Part shown: piece by piece, positions 17,196-17,942 of the stretch
Layout: every line of letters starts with the position of its first letter
How positions within the stretch are numbered: the stretch's first letter is position 1
DNA from: Octopus sinensis
Taxonomy: Eukaryota
Assembly: GCF_006345805.1 (NCBI RefSeq)
Contig: NW_021824545.1
Location: 1-17,942, forward strand
Reading direction: 5' to 3'
Length of the DNA stretch: 17,942 nucleotides
Notes under the pieces: model-generated
Told to the model about the DNA's origin: nothing
Databases searched by the model: none
Seen by the model: the letters and a program-made list of their open reading frames with translations, nothing else
Position numbers and translations under genes: made by a program

Positions 17196-17740
17196 CATAC
17201 ATACATACATACATACATACATACATACACGCACACATACATACACACACATACTTACATGATACATATACACATGCACATACATACACACATACATACC
17301 TGCACACATATATATATACAGGCATAATAAATACATACATATGTAAATACATGCGTAATATACACACATACGCTCACATACATACATAATACATACATAC
17401 ACATACATACATACGCACACATACATGCATAATACATAATACATACATACACATACATACACACACATACATTCATAATAGATACATACATACATCGATA
17501 CATACACACATGCATACATACATACACACATACATACATGGATAATAAATACATATATATATATATATAAATACATACATACATACATACATACACACAT
17601 ACATACATGGATAATAAATACATATATATATAAATACATACATACATACATACATACATACATACATACACATACATGCATGCATAATAAATACATACAT
17701 ATATAAATAATACGTAATACATACACGCATACATACACCC
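17105..17740. repeat. Degenerate (CATA)n microsatellite
   Basis: Directly visible. Confidence 0.96.
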
Positions 17741-17874
17741 ACTCATAAATATGTAGATGTAGATCAATTTCATTGCGTAAAATGAAATATTTTTGTTTAT
17801 GCCAGATTTCCAAGCACAAGACTTTTGTAAATAGTTTCATTATTCTTTTTATTGCCAAAATATACAAAGATGCC

Positions 17875-17942
17875 ATATATATATATATATATATAATATA
17901 TATATATATATATGCATATGTGTGTAAGTATGTATTTGTATA
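17875..17942. repeat. (TA)n/(TG) microsatellite
   Basis: Directly visible. Confidence 0.9.

Noticed and set aside
13770-17876. Long YVCM/HTYI ORFs
   Set aside because: Translations of (TATG)n/(CATA)n microsatellites.

Overview
AT-rich, repeat-saturated eukaryotic non-coding DNA (intron or intergenic). I see no credible protein-coding gene: almost every ORF in the track is a translation of a microsatellite or a transposon. The repeat families resemble those I recall from coleoid cephalopod (Octopus) genomes; this is an inference, not a database result. Main contents: (i) a 41-copy, 70-bp, indel-free tandem array (6581-9450) with a quasi-palindromic unit, bracketed by an inverted pair of tRNA-derived SINEs; (ii) non-autonomous Helitrons (one simple copy on the minus strand, one composite on the plus strand); (iii) a 152-bp palindrome in a probable Penelope-like pLTR remnant whose arms each contain a minimal type-I hammerhead-ribozyme-like motif; (iv) at least four tRNA-derived SINE families, several with target-site duplications (TSDs), including nested and dimeric copies; (v) an old ~21-bp minisatellite split by three insertions; (vi) long microsatellites; (vii) about 2.2 kb of apparently unique sequence (11100-13277) of unknown function.
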